Below the pieces are notes generated by a model that saw nothing but the letters and a program-made list of their open reading frames with translations, was not told the origin of the DNA and did no database searches. Shown here one piece after another: positions 22,871 through 35,368 of a DNA stretch of 64,000 nt. Source of the stretch: Podarcis vaucheri (taxonomy: Eukaryota). The position numbers and the translations under genes are program-made. Position 1 is the first letter of the stretch; every line of letters starts with the position of its first letter. The stretch lies in NCBI GenBank assembly GCA_965113315.1, contig OZ220367.1. The stretch is one strand, 5' to 3'.

Positions 22871-23079
22871 ACAGATAGGTAGCCGTGTTGGTCTGCCATA
22901 GTCAAAATTAAAAAAATTCCTTCCTGTAGCACCTTAAAGACCAACTAAGTTAGTTCTTGGTATGAGCTTTCGTGTGCATGCACACTGTGTATCTGAAGAA
23001 GTGTGCATGCACACGGAAGCTCATACCAAGAACTAACTTAGTTGGTCTTTAAGGTGCTACAGGAAGGAATTTTTTTATT
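22871..23079. mobile_element. Penelope-like element remnant with inverted pseudo-LTR
   Basis: About 77-bp inverted arms (22910-22986, 23000-23076), direct flank ATGGTATGTGCATGTT (22855-22870, 23080-23095) and a hammerhead-like core. Confidence 0.8.
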
Positions 23080-23624
23080 ATGGTATGTGCATGTTTCACA
23101 GCTGCTGTGCACTGGTCATTGTGGTGTGTGAGAGTCTGTGGCTATGTATAGTTCTGTGTGTAACCATAGACTTATCAGTTGATGTCCTTCCCCAATCTGG
23201 TGGCCCCCAGGTGTTGTTGAACAGGTCTTTGAGGCAACCCATTTACTGAGCATTCATCCTGAATTGCTTATGCAGAGGTCAGACGATGTCTGCTCCTTAT
23301 ACAACATTCTGATTTGACAGGGGAAGCAGAGTGACTGCTGATAAAATCAGTAGCCTCCTATTCCTTTTCCCACCGCAAAGTCTAGTGATGCAAAATTAAT
23401 GTGACAACCCTGTACTGCTAGTTTTCCCACTGCACTTCATTACCTGGCAGGCCAGGGAAACGCTGAGCACTGTCAGTGCCACATAATGCAATATGAGATT
23501 ACTGGGAACTGTGGGAGAAGGGAGAGAGGCTGCAGCTTTTGCAGGCAGCTACATGAGTCTTGTATGTCCTAGTTCCAATGCTATGTATTTAAGAGGGAAA
23601 CTGCTCTTCCTGAGGAGCTTACAT

Positions 23625-24208
23625 TAGGGTTACCAAACATCCCCAGTTCCCGGGGACAGTACCCGGATTTGCAAATCTGCCCCTGGAATGTCCCCAGATT
23701 TGCAAATCTGTCCCTGGGAAATGTGGCAGCAGCAGCCTCAGCAGCCCGGAGCCAGCCTGTTAGTGCAGTTGGCTCTGGCTGGCTTATGGAGCTGCTCGCT
23801 GCCGTGGCGCCCGCCATTTTTTCTGTGACACGGCAGCCAGCAGCTCCTGAAGCCAGCCAGAGCCAACTGCACTAACAGGCTGGCTCTGAGCTGCTGAGGC
23901 TGCCACTACCAGGCTCACCCCTCCCGGGCCATGACTCCCGAGCCTTCCCTGATCTATCAAAACAAAGGGGGGGAGGAGATCAGGGAACGCTCGGGAGTTA
24001 TGGGCGGGCGGCACACCGTTGCCCAGTTAAAAAAAAACTCTGCGCATTTATGTTTCACAGGGTGCAAAAGAAGGGCTTTACACCTTTATATAATATGCTT
24101 GGGCCAAGGGTCTTTTGCCTCACCTTCCCCACTACTGACTCCCTGTTGCTACCCAACTTCAAAAAAAAAAAGGGTCCCCGGATTCATTGAAAAAAAATGG
24201 TAACCATA
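23625..24208. mobile_element. Non-autonomous hAT DNA transposon
   Basis: TIR TAGGGTTACCA / TGGTAACCATA, 8-bp TSD GCTTACAT and an internal inverted repeat of about 60 bp. Confidence 0.85.
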
Positions 24209-27200
24209 GCTTACATGCTTTTGACAGCATAGGGCAGCCTACCCTAAACCTGGTGCCCTCTGGACCGCAACTCCCATAAGCTTCAGCCAGCAGAGTCATA
24301 ACAAGGGCGAATAAAAACATTGCAGCCAGTGATGACAAGGCTTGTGCCAGTTGTGGATAAAGGCGGGTTTTGCATATCAAGGTTATGTTTCAGTCACAGA
24401 TAAGAATAATGGTTTCTTGGGGAAATGTTGTTTGTGCAGTGGCACCACACCTTGCATTTGGTTATGTGGGCTTCTTTGGAAAATAATCATCATTAGTCTG
24501 CAGGGAACAATGGGTTCATGCAGCTGCCTTAAATTGGTTAGTCCACTGGACTTGAATTGTATGCCAAGGGTTGTGAAAGCTCGCTCTCTTCCTTCAGAGT
24601 TCTTGAGCTTTCTCCAGTACGCCTTATGAAATGCATTGTGTGTGGAGGCTAAAATAAAATGTACCAGGTCAGAAAAGTGCTGAGTTCAGTCCACAGTGGA
24701 AACCTGATAGTGTACAGAATAAAAACTTTCTTTTTTTAAAAAAAAGATTTTGATCCAATAGTTCCAGGTAAAAAGCAGACCAGAACGAAACAGCACAGGA
24801 TCATAAGTCTCATAAGTCTTAACAAAATAGGAAACACCTTCCTTTTTCCTAAGCATAGGGAAGGCACACGTAGAAAGTCCTTGCCTTGACACAATACAGG
24901 TACTCCCTCTTTTTTGCCATTCAGAGTTTGTTCAGGTCATATGCCACCATGGCTTCTTCGAAGTTCAAGTGGCTAGATCAGCAGTGAAATACCCAAGCAA
25001 CTTCCCTTTCATAAACTTAAGAAATCACAGCATGTGATTTTTTTTCTCAGCTCACAGGATACAAAGCAGGCGATTCTTGCAAAAGCTGGTTGTTCACACA
25101 TGTAAACAGCTGGCATGAGAAATATATATACGTAGAGGCAGTGGCTACGTTGTGTCCTTAGAACAGTTCTCTTTCAGAATCCAAAAGCAGAGCTACGTAA
25201 ATGATTCAAAGAAGCAAAGAATTATGATAGTTGAATTTCTAATAACTGCATTTATACTCTATGTCTGATTGTGTGTTTTTCAATGCCCTAGAAAACATTT
25301 TTTAAAGGTCATTATAAAGATGCCAGCAATCACAACTTATCAGAAACACAAGTTCTTTCCCACACTGTCCAAAGTGGCTCACAACAGATGGTGGCTTTCC
25401 CCGTTGACTAAAAGAACGGGTATAGTTGAAGAGGAATCAAACTGCTTTCCCTAGAAATTCTCATTTGAAGGTTTACTATCTTGTGCCAATTGTGATCTCA
25501 TTCTTGTCTTTAAAAAGAATGCCGAGTTACTTCCAATTTCATACGTAAGGAAAGCACTCCGTTATTAAGGTCATGACTTCTTCTCCAAGTACCGTATGAA
25601 TGAGTCAGGAAATGAGCACAAGTTCCCTTGCACGGCTACAAAACCACCAGTCACTGCATTATACTAAAAGGAAGCTGGAGTGCAGCAAACCCTTTTGTCC
25701 ATGGCAGGGCCTTCTCTGGAGTGGTCCCGTTTGTGGAATGCCCTTCCTGGTTAGGGTGCCCGTCTCCCTCCCTACTGAATTCCAGGACAGATTTAGAATC
25801 ATTCCTGTTTACCCAGGCAATTGATGGGTTATAGACACTGGCCGTGGCAAACACGGAATTAATAATTATGCAGGTACGTGACTGCTTTTTAATGTTTTCA
25901 GAAGCTGTGAGTGTTTAAATGTTTTAGGGTGTTTTGAGTTGTTTTGAAATGTTTAAATTGTGTTTTACTGGACTGCTTTCACATTTTGATGTTTGCTACT
26001 CTTGGTTCCTTCGGGAGGAAGGGTGGAATAGAAATCTAGTAAAAATAATCATCTGGGTGATGGTAGCCTGTGGCCCTCCATTTGTTGTGGGACTCCAACT
26101 CTCATTAGCTCCAGCCAGTATGACAAATGGTCAGGAATGATGGGAGCTGTAGTTCAGCAACCCAGAGTGGAACTGCGCTGAACAGTTTCCAGAGATAAAT
26201 GCACAGCATCTCCCAGAGCACTGAAGCCAACTCTTTTTAACTGTTCTATAGAATGCTTCTAAGAGTGAGGCAAAAAAAATCTACAGAGGCTATATGCTAG
26301 CAAGTAAGATTTCAGCTTTCACAGCATTTCCTCTTTTTTTTGCCAAAGTCTGCGGTTTGTCACTTAAATAGTTCAAATCTGCCCTTCGTGGAAGTATAGG
26401 AGAGCTGGCCAGCTGCAGCATTTGACACTTAACCCATACTTGGCACCAACAAGAAACATTACTAACAATGGCTTTTTTCAAGTCCAATTTTGGAGTTCAA
26501 GAAGTTCCAGGGTTTTTAAACCAGGCAGGGCAGGAATAGCAGGGAGCATTATTCCTGCATGAATTCAGAAACATATTTTTTAGTTACTTAATAGCTTGAA
26601 AGGATACCGGACTCTCCAAATTGGTAAGTAAATGCAACTGAAGCATTCTAATAAGCATAAGCTTGTTTTTTAAAGACTCCTTCATATGGAAACGCTTAAT
26701 CCTAATGCAAGTCATTTTCTCAGCTTAAAAATTGGAAGCAGAAAGCCAATAAAACTTTTTTAAGTGTGCGGCTTCTAGTAATGAAATGTATTGTTCCGTC
26801 ACATCCTCCAATATTTCACAGATGAATAACAGGGGACTATTCAGTACTTATAATAGCTTATTCTGTTTACTAAGGTTCACCTAACTTACATAGGGCTGAA
26901 GACGCTTCTCTGCATGCTGTACTAATTTCACCCTGTATTAACTAGCACCACATGAGTTTCTGAGGAAGTTAGAAAAAGCTTCTTTTATTATTATGTCAAT
27001 TTATTCTGTTTTGGGGTTCCCAAAGGATTTAAAGTTTTTAAATTTAAGGATTTTTCAAAAAGAATTTGAAAAGTTAATCTGGTTGCATTTTGATACAGAA
27101 TAGCTGTAGCTCCAACACATTCAGGATACTTTGCTGTTTGGGTAGGCAGTTATAATGTGAATGTAAAAATGTGTGCTTTTTAAAGATATCTTCAAAAGGA

Positions 27201-28546
27201 GAGACCAGAAAAGTTACCATACCTCATAAATAAGGGCAATGGCAGAATGTTTACAAATAAGAATATGTTTCGGTTATACATGTTGCAAAATATAATAATC
27301 CTGTTCTGTTTCTTTTCTGAAAATCCATTATCAATTCATTTCCCATGAGCTGAAAGTAAGAATACAGTAATGGGTTGAATCCCACAGCCTGCTCCCACTA
27401 GTCCTAGTTTTTCCTGGATTAAGTTACACTCAGGACATTACCTACTGGCAGAAAAGGGGGGTGGGATTTTGCTGATGTCTGCCTCTCCCAGCAGCCCCTG
27501 GCCACCTTTTCCCATGCGATTCTGGAGGGTGCGCCAACCCTCAAAAGCCCATTTTCAAGGGGTTGCAGAGACAGAGGGAATTGATGAAAATCTCCTCCTG
27601 AAGGAGTCCAAATAAAGGATATAAATCATGGGTCCAACCCTATGTTTGCTAGGCTGGAAAGCAGAAAGGCAGACAAAAAAGGGAGCAAAAGGAACCTCAA
27701 GCAAATAAACTCAGGGATTTTTCTGTCTTGCTATAGCTCCTTTATGGAGGGCAGGCACCTTATTTTGTACTGAGAACCATACTGGAAATGCTTCCCGTTG
27801 CGTTTTCAAATCAATTCTTACCACCTTGAGGGCTGTGTAACTGGCAATGTTGATTTTGCAGTTTAAAATCAATGGACAGGGTTATCAAGTTCTAGTAAGA
27901 GTCTAGCAATGTCTGCAGAAAAGGGCCCTGGGCAGCAGAACCCTGCCTTTCAGTAAAAGCTGGAAATAGAGGTTATATACAATTGCTAAAGTTAACCCCA
28001 CTGAAGCACTTAATTTACCCCATTTGAAATCAACAGGATCCAATAGTGCTTATTTTTTGGGAGAGCTGTACCAACAGAACCAAGAACTGTATATTCAACC
28101 AGGGTTCTCAAATTGGGGAGATCGCATGGCACTTACAAGGGAGGGAGGGAAACATACATTTGCAGTAAAAGTCTTCATACTATAAATTTAGTGTATCTCA
28201 AGGTATTTTAACTTTCCCAGCCATGTCAAATAAGAGGAAATACTATCTTTTTCTCACATTTAAGATCCCAGTTTTTACCTGACAGCTAAATTTTCACCCC
28301 TCTTATTCATACAGACCTACCCAAGAATGGCAGACTCCGTGTGTTCCTTAGAACGGAAAGCCTCCCCAGTCAAGTGAATATACAAGACAACATACAAGAT
28401 CCAAGAAAATAAGGTAAGCAAGGCTATTTCAGCAACGCTGAAGATTTCACTCTGCAGTTCCAGGTTTGGTGGTCCCTCCAGGAAAGCAATTTACACTCCC
28501 TCCAGCAAGAATTCCTTTTATAATCTCTTACACAAGGGATAGTTAA

Positions 28547-29289
28547 TGTTGCGTGGCAAGGTCCCAAACACTCCCAGGAAGTGGAATAAAGACATTTTAG
28601 GTTAATGGGCGAAAAAGGCCACAACTTTATTGGTTACAGAATGTGAGTGGTATTGGTTTGGCTATTTCTGACTCCTGCCTGTCTGCAGGAGTCTTGGAAG
28701 GGTTAACCACCAGAAGGGGGAGCCCTGCTGATGCATATCAACTAGGAACTTCCCCAGGATCACTGCTAGGGGTTGTGCCATGGCCCTAGCGCCCCCCCCC
28801 CCCGGGTCTGGGGCTTCGGACAGAGGCCATGCCCCTCGGATTTCTTTAATGGAGTACCCTTGAAATAGGAGGGATAGGTGATGGCCACTACCTCCCCTCA
28901 CCTTCAACCTAATACTCCAATGCCTAACCGCCTAACCTTACAAAGTTGTGGTGAATTGCTACAAGGTAGGCGAAAAACCAAATGGCCAATGCCAATTTGC
29001 CAAGTGGAAAAAATTCCTACCAAGCCCCTGCTAAAAAACAGGCGACCAACCGAAGTCCATAGCAAGGTCGGGAGATAAAGAGCCTAACCTAAGGGAGGGG
29101 GGGAGAGAACTGTCCAAGCAGGGAGAAAAGGAACATGTCCTCTGCTGTGGGCAGTTTAAATAGCCCGCACCACACCCCCAGAGCATCCGGATTGGACATC
29201 CTTGGGTTGACGCGGCCGAGGACCAACCAATGGCGCTGGGGCTATCCTGCCCCATGTGCGTGGGGAGGGCTTGCTCCCAGCCCACAACG
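28547..29289 (-). mobile_element. Solo LTR (probably ERV-type)
   Basis: TGTTG...CAAC termini. The minus strand carries a TATTTAAA box and AATAAA (28626-28631), and a CCAAT box is present. It is homologous to 60714-61449. No clean TSD was seen. Confidence 0.7.
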
Positions 29290-29429
29290 TCATCTCCCCG
29301 GGGACAGGAAATGGCTTTGCTGGACTACAGCTCCCATAATCCCTGAACAGTGGACATGCTAGCCAAAGCTGATGGAAGTTGTAACATCTGGGAGGTTGTC
29401 ACCTTAGCTAGCCCTCTCATGGTATCTTA

Positions 29430-29835
29430 TTGCTCATTTCCGAGCACAATTCAAAGTGCTGATGCTAACCTTTAAAGACCTAAATAGGTAAACCTGAAGG
29501 AGCGTCTCCACCCCCATCGTTCAACCCGGACACTGAGGTCCAGCTCCAAGAACCTTCTGGCGGTTCCCTCACTGTGATAAGTGAGGTTACAGGGAACCAG
29601 GCAGAAGGCCTTCTCAGTAGTGGCACTCACCCTGTGGAGTGTGCTCCCATCAGATGTCAAGGAAATAAATAACTATCTGACTTTCAGAAGACATCTGAAG
29701 GCAACCCTGTATAGGCAAGTTTTTAATGTCTGATGTTTTCTTGTGTTTTTAATATTGTTTGGAGCTGCCCAGAATGGCTGGGGAAACCCAGCCAGATGGG
29801 CAGGGTATAAAAAATAAATTATAGTCTTATTATTA
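29430..29835 (+). mobile_element. L2 LINE 3' fragment
   Basis: Degenerate L2 ORF2 end (TTCAAAGTGCTGATGCTAACCTTTAAAG...AGGCCTTCTCAGTAGTGGCAC...CTGTGG) with a (TTA)n tail. Confidence 0.7.
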
Positions 29836-30397
29836 TCATCATTTGTCATCTGCTGGTAGAAGAGGTGATGGTTTGGTCTTGCATTGGACCCATGGTCCAA
29901 TTTAGTACACCCATCAAACATTCGCCAACAGCTGCTCAGCTTCACTGGTTATGTTATTCTGTGTGTTCTCTTATACCTCCCTTATACAGCAATAGTACTC
30001 AAACTTCTTCATAGTAGCAAATATCAAGACAATATTCATGCTTAGGCTCCCAAAAAACGCCCAGAAAGTTTGCACCTGTGGATGTGAAACCTACACTGGC
30101 TGCAAAGTACATTATATTTCAGCATACTGAACAAACATTGCTCTGTGCATTTTTGCCTCTGGTCATACCCACAGCAGGCAAATGCCACCCCTGGAAAGTT
30201 CCCAAGAATGGCTGAAAAAGGCTCCCAATTCCTGCTCTTGCGGAAACATATTTGATTTAGCTCCATGCAAAAATGTTCCTGAATGTGGTCTTCATGTGCC
30301 ATATAGGAAGATACATGGGGGGATTCTGCTGCAGGTGGATAACTCTTGTGGATAACTCTTTCTTTCTCTGCTCACAGGAACTGAAAATGCACTAGAG

Positions 30398-31411
30398 ATG
30401 CCTAATTCAAGCACTCCTCTAGGAAACTCCTGCAGCTTCAATGAGATAATAAGAAAACAAGTTCTTCCAGTTGCCTATGGTCTGATCTTTCTAGGAGGAA
30501 TCCTGTTGAATGGGGTGGCAGCCTGGGTCTTTCTGTACATTCCCAGCAAGACAAGTTTTATCGTCTATCTCAAGAACATTGTGGTTGCTGACCTCATCAT
30601 GAGCTTAACTTTCCCATTTAAAGTTTTCGCCGATTCAGAAATTGGATCTTGGCGGCTCAGTGTTTTCGTCTGCCGTTTTTCAGCAGTCATATTTTACCTA
30701 AATATGTATATCAGCATAACACTGTTTGGTCTCATAGGCTTCGACCGATGCTACAAAGTTGTGAAGCCTCAGTTCATCACATCTTTCCATACTGTTCGAT
30801 GTAGCAGATGTATCTGTGTAGCCGTGTGGGCACTTCATATAGTGATATCACTTCCCAATACAATTTTAACCAATCAACATCCTACCAAAAATCTTTCGAA
30901 GAACTGTGTGAACCTCAAAAATGAACTTGGAGTCCAATGGCACAAGGCTTCGAACTACATCTGCTTAGGAATTTTTTGGACTGTCTTTTTACTCCTAATA
31001 GCCTTTTACAGTTCTATAGCAAGGAAAATATATCTATCCCACCAAAAATTCAGGAAAAACTCCAAACGGTCAAGGAAAAAAACCAATCGGAATATTTTCA
31101 CCATCATGCTTGTATTTATCATTTGCTTTGTCCCATACCATGTTGTAAGAATCCCATACACATTGAGTCAAACTGCTTCACATCATTATAACTGCCTAAC
31201 AAAAGAGGTGTTGTTTTACCTAAAGGAGCTTTCTCTGCTCCTGTGTGCTGCAAATGTTTGCCTTGATCCTATTATTTATGTATTTCTTTGCCAACCCTTC
31301 AAGGAAAGGTTGTACCAAAAATTGCACCTCAAGTTGAAGGTGTCTGAGGAATTAGAAAACTCTAGATCTAAAAAGTCAAATGTGATTTGTGAAACAGTAG
31401 TTATTCCATAA
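30398..31411 (+). CDS. P2RY14: P2Y purinoceptor 14 (UDP-glucose receptor), 337 aa, single coding exon
   Basis: 7TM protein with [53 protein letters not shown] and CLDPIIY. Acceptor CTCACAG at 30377; syntenic between GPR87 and GPR171. Confidence 0.95.
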   Translation: MPNSSTPLGNSCSFNEIIRKQVLPVAYGLIFLGGILLNGVAAWVFLYIPSKTSFIVYLKNIVVADLIMSLTFPFKVFADSEIGSWRLSVFVCRFSAVIFYLNMYISITLFGLIGFDRCYKVVKPQFITSFHTVRCSRCICVAVWALHIVISLPNTILTNQHPTKNLSKNCVNLKNELGVQWHKASNYICLGIFWTVFLLLIAFYSSIARKIYLSHQKFRKNSKRSRKKTNRNIFTIMLVFIICFVPYHVVRIPYTLSQTASHHYNCLTKEVLFYLKELSLLLCAANVCLDPIIYVFLCQPFKERLYQKLHLKLKVSEELENSRSKKSNVICETVVIP

Positions 31412-31419
31412 ATTCCAAT

Positions 31420-31836
31420 CAAGCGTCTGGAAACCAAGCCTTATCGGGAACAGTTGAGAGAACTGGGTATGTTTAGCCTGGAAAAGAGGAGACTGAGAAG
31501 AGCTATGAAAGCCATCTTCAACTATCTCAAGGACTGTCACATAGAAGAGGGGGGAAACTTGTTTTCTCCTGCTCTGGAGGGTAGGACTCGAAACAATGGC
31601 TTCAAGTTACAAGAAAGAAGATTCCGACTAAACATCAGAAAGAACTTTCTGACAGTTAAGAGTTGTTCGATAGTGGAACTGACTCCGCTGGAAGGTGGTG
31701 GACTTTGCCTCATTGCAGGTTTTTAAGCAGAAGTTGGATGGCCATCTGACATGGATACTTTAGTTGTCTGCATTGCAGAAGGTTGGACAAGTTGACCATC
31801 AGAATGCATGCCAACTCTACAATTCTTTGATTCTGT
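31420..31836 (+). mobile_element. CR1 LINE 3' fragment in the P2RY14 3' UTR
   Basis: ORF 31454 ([14 protein letters not shown]...FRLNIRKNFLTV) matches the CR1 ORF2 C-terminus; ATTCT tail. Confidence 0.88.
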
Positions 31837-32212
31837 GAGAGCAAGCTATTTACAATATGCTAAGATGGACCCAATGGGGGGCTGGTCCTTGAGTGCAAAT
31901 GGGGCACTGCCTCACCAAGCTGAGCCTGCCCTTAGCTAGCCCTCACTTCACTGCCTTCTTTCTTGCAACCAGTAAGAAGGTGACTTTGACTGTCTTACAC
32001 CTCAACTGAATCTAAACAATATGGACAGCTGTAGCTGACTTAAAAGACAACTGTATCACTATTGTGAATGAACTGATTGTTTCACTTGGCTCCTCGATTT
32101 TTTATTAATATATTTGTATGCAAAAGTCATACAAACATGAGTGCTATGTGCATTTTGTGCTTGAATTTGTATAAAAATAAAATAATGTGGATTTCAGCAA
32201 TGGCTATTTAAT

Positions 32213-32219
32213 ATCTATC

Positions 32220-32254
<35 letters not shown>

Positions 32255-32265
32255 ATCATCTATCT
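32213..32265. repeat. (TATC)n tetranucleotide microsatellite
   Basis: Interrupted TATC/ATC run. Confidence 0.9.
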
Positions 32266-32317
32266 AATTTTATAAATGCTGTATTGCTAGAAAGAATCCC
32301 TTATCGGAAGAGTTATA

Positions 32318-32588
32318 CAGTGGTACCTTGGTTCTCAAACTTAATCCGTTCCGGAAGTCCGTTTCAAAACCAAAGCGTTCCAAAACCAAGGTGCGTTTTC
32401 CCATAGAAAGTAATGCAAAACGAATTAATCCATCCCAGACTTTTAAAAACAACCCCTAAAAAAGCAATTTAACATGAATTTTACTATCTAACGATGATAA
32501 AAAGTAAAATTATTTTTTTTCTTACCTGCACTGATGATAGTCATTGTTTGGATTGGGGGTGGGGGCTTTTATCTATTTCCACAGTCAC

Positions 32589-32619
<31 letters not shown>

Positions 32620-32931
32620 GTAGCTGAACTGGGTTCCACACAGTCACAAAAACAAATTAATTGAAAAAGCCTCAAAAACAAAAAATAAATAGCAAAAACA
32701 AAAGCGCCAAACTTAAATCAGTTCTGGAAGTCCATTTTACTTCCGAAATGTTCAAAAACCAAGGCGCAGCTTCTGATTGGTGCAGGCGCCCTGGAAACAA
32801 TAGCCGACAGCTGCATTGGACGTTCGGCTTCTGAAAAATGTTTGAAAACAGGAACACTTACTTCTGGGTTTTCAGAGTTTGAGAACCAAAGTGTCTGAGT
32901 ACCAATGCATTTGAGAACTAAGGTACAACTG
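32318..32931. mobile_element. Tigger-like Tc1/mariner non-autonomous element
   Basis: TIR CAGTGGTACCTTGGTTCTCAAA, TA TSD and an internal (TCAA)n run. Confidence 0.85.
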
Positions 32932-34513
32932 TATTCTTGAATTTCTCCAGTGAAAATCTTCATCCCTTCTCTTTTGCAAACACAGCCTCTTCAACTAAAA
33001 CAGTACTCTCATAACTTTAACCCAACAATAGCATCAGGCATCCCAGTGGCAATCTACATTAAGTCAATGGGGGGGGGGGTAATTTTCTATCAACAGTTCC
33101 CAGGTGTATTGTATGAATATTAGTTCAGAGATCTGCTTTCCCTCACTGGTGCACGCTCTTGGCAATGGTGATATTTGCTCCCTTCTCGACAGAAGGAGGG
33201 AACAACAGGAAACAATGCCAATTGGAGTATATAGGCAGATCAGTGGTTTGGGAGGACATGGCTTCTCAAACAAAAGCTGCAGGTATGATTCAAGTCTGAC
33301 TCAGAACAGCAAAAGGTTGCAACTCTCTTGTCAGTTCCACAACTGAGAGCTAGTCAGACGCCTTCTGTAATACACAACTCTGGTCTCCGAGTTGAGTAGG
33401 CCATGAGAACAGTTCCCCCTTATTAGATGCCACAATATGGTGTTGGAAACTGTTCATTTTGAACTGGAGAAACCTCTGTAGCATTAGGGAGCTAGATTCA
33501 ATGGAAATGAGATTATTTGAGGGATGGAAGTCTTGTTCCTTCTAGCAAGATTTGAGATTTAGGGTCAGCATTGTTGGAAGCAGTCCCGATTTTCTTCTGC
33601 TTCTCAGTTCCTGTTTAATGTTTCATTGTTCGCAATCACATCAGATGCCTCCAAAAATGTAAGGGTGCCATGCTCAGCACTCATTTCCTCAGCTCCAATG
33701 AATCAAAGTTCCTCAAGTTTGCTCCACCACCACCCATGATTGCTGAATTGAACATCCGTAGTCTCAGGCTGTATACCTATAAATACTAAATGATAGCGAC
33801 AAGCATGAGAATGCTGTTGCCTCATGCCCTGTTCATAAGCTTCCCTCAGGATCCTGTTAGAAAGAATTACAGACTAGAGGGATATGAGGGTCACACCCAA
33901 GACTTCACAATAAGTTTGAAGATAGAATATGAAGTATTTCAGGGACTGTATCACTATCTGGAATGTCTAAGTTTAAAATTTATGTTGTTTGATATGATTT
34001 TGTTTATTTGGGGGGTTTAAAAACTTTCTTTTCATTGGACCCAACGAAGAAAGCTGAGAATACCGGGGTCCTTTTTGCATAGAAAACATATTTATGTGAG
34101 GTCCTTTTCATTCATTCGGTGGTTGTCTACTGAACACAGGACACAAACCTGCTTCTGGATTCATGAGCATGGGGAGGGAAATGAATTTAAGAAGTCGGTT
34201 AGACCACAGTCTTTTTGATAATACATTTTTATCAGTAGTTTTTATAAGACAACAACAACCATAGTCTGTAGATATTGCAAAAAAATTGCTATGAATGCTT
34301 CTCAGAATAAAGCCATTTCAGAGATGACGGCACTATTATTAATCTATGTAATTGTATCACTCCAAATTAAGTTCCGAGAAACAGATAGGTGCATCTCTCT
34401 GTTGCAACAATTAACATAAGCAACAACAACAAAATGGTAGCCGCACTGTAGCTGATACTAAAGGAATTCCTTAACACAGACACACAGGAACGTTATGAAA
34501 TGATCCCGATATA

Positions 34514-35048
34514 CTGTATTTTTCGCTCTATAAGACGCACTTTTCCCCTCCTAAAAAGTAAGGGGAAATGTGTGTGCGTCTTATGGAGCGAATGCAGGCA
34601 GGAGGCTCTGCTCAGCGCTCCCTTTAAAGAGCCGTGTGGAGTGTGTGTGCAGCTTTTCGGGGCTTTCCCCCGAGGAGGGAGAAGGGCTGCCCTTCTTGGG
34701 GGACCCTTAGCCGCGTGCAGCCTCTCCCGGGCAGGGAATGAAGGCTCCCCTTGCCCGGGAGAGGCTGCGCGTGGTTATCCCATGAGCCAAGATAGCCAGC
34801 GGGATCGCTGCGATCCTGCTGGCTGTCCTGGCTTCTTGTTTAACCGCACACAGCCTCCGCAGGGCACGGGGAGCCTTCATCCCGCTGCCCTGTGGAGGCT
34901 TCGTGCGGCTATCCCTGGCTTTTGCGGGAGGTGGGGGGAAGGGACAGAGCGCACTCTGCTCAGCGCTCCCTTTAAAGAATACTTTTTCCCCCTCTAAAAA
35001 TTAGGTGTGCTTTATCGGCTGGTGCGTCTAATAGAGCGAAAAATACGG
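34514..35048. mobile_element. pogo/Tc2-like non-autonomous DNA transposon
   Basis: TIR C(C/T)GTATTTTTCGCTCTAT..GACGCAC, TA TSD and GC-rich interior; same family as 59762-60683. Confidence 0.85.
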
Positions 35049-35221
35049 TAGTTCAAGTTCCAATGCTTTCAGTGGAAGAATTCAACCTACGCTAAAATCT
35101 CTTGAGATTAGCAAAAGTCAATTCAATGTTTTGTTTTGTTTTTGCCTGTTTGTCTAAATTATGCTTTTATAACAATGTTTTATTTATTTTAGTCATAACA
35201 TTGTAATTCCGTTGCTCCAGA

Positions 35222-35368
35222 AGCGGTTTAGTCACGCTGGCCACATGACCCGGAAAGCTGTCTGTGGACAAATGCTGGCTCCTCGGCCTGAAAGTGAAAT
35301 GAACGCCACACCCCATAGTTCTCTATGACTAGACTTAACCATCCAGCGGTCCTTTACCTCTACCTTTA
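35222..35368 (+). mobile_element. Sauria SINE 3' fragment
   Basis: GTCACGCTGGCCACATGACCCGGAA core and ACCTTT tail. Confidence 0.75.
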
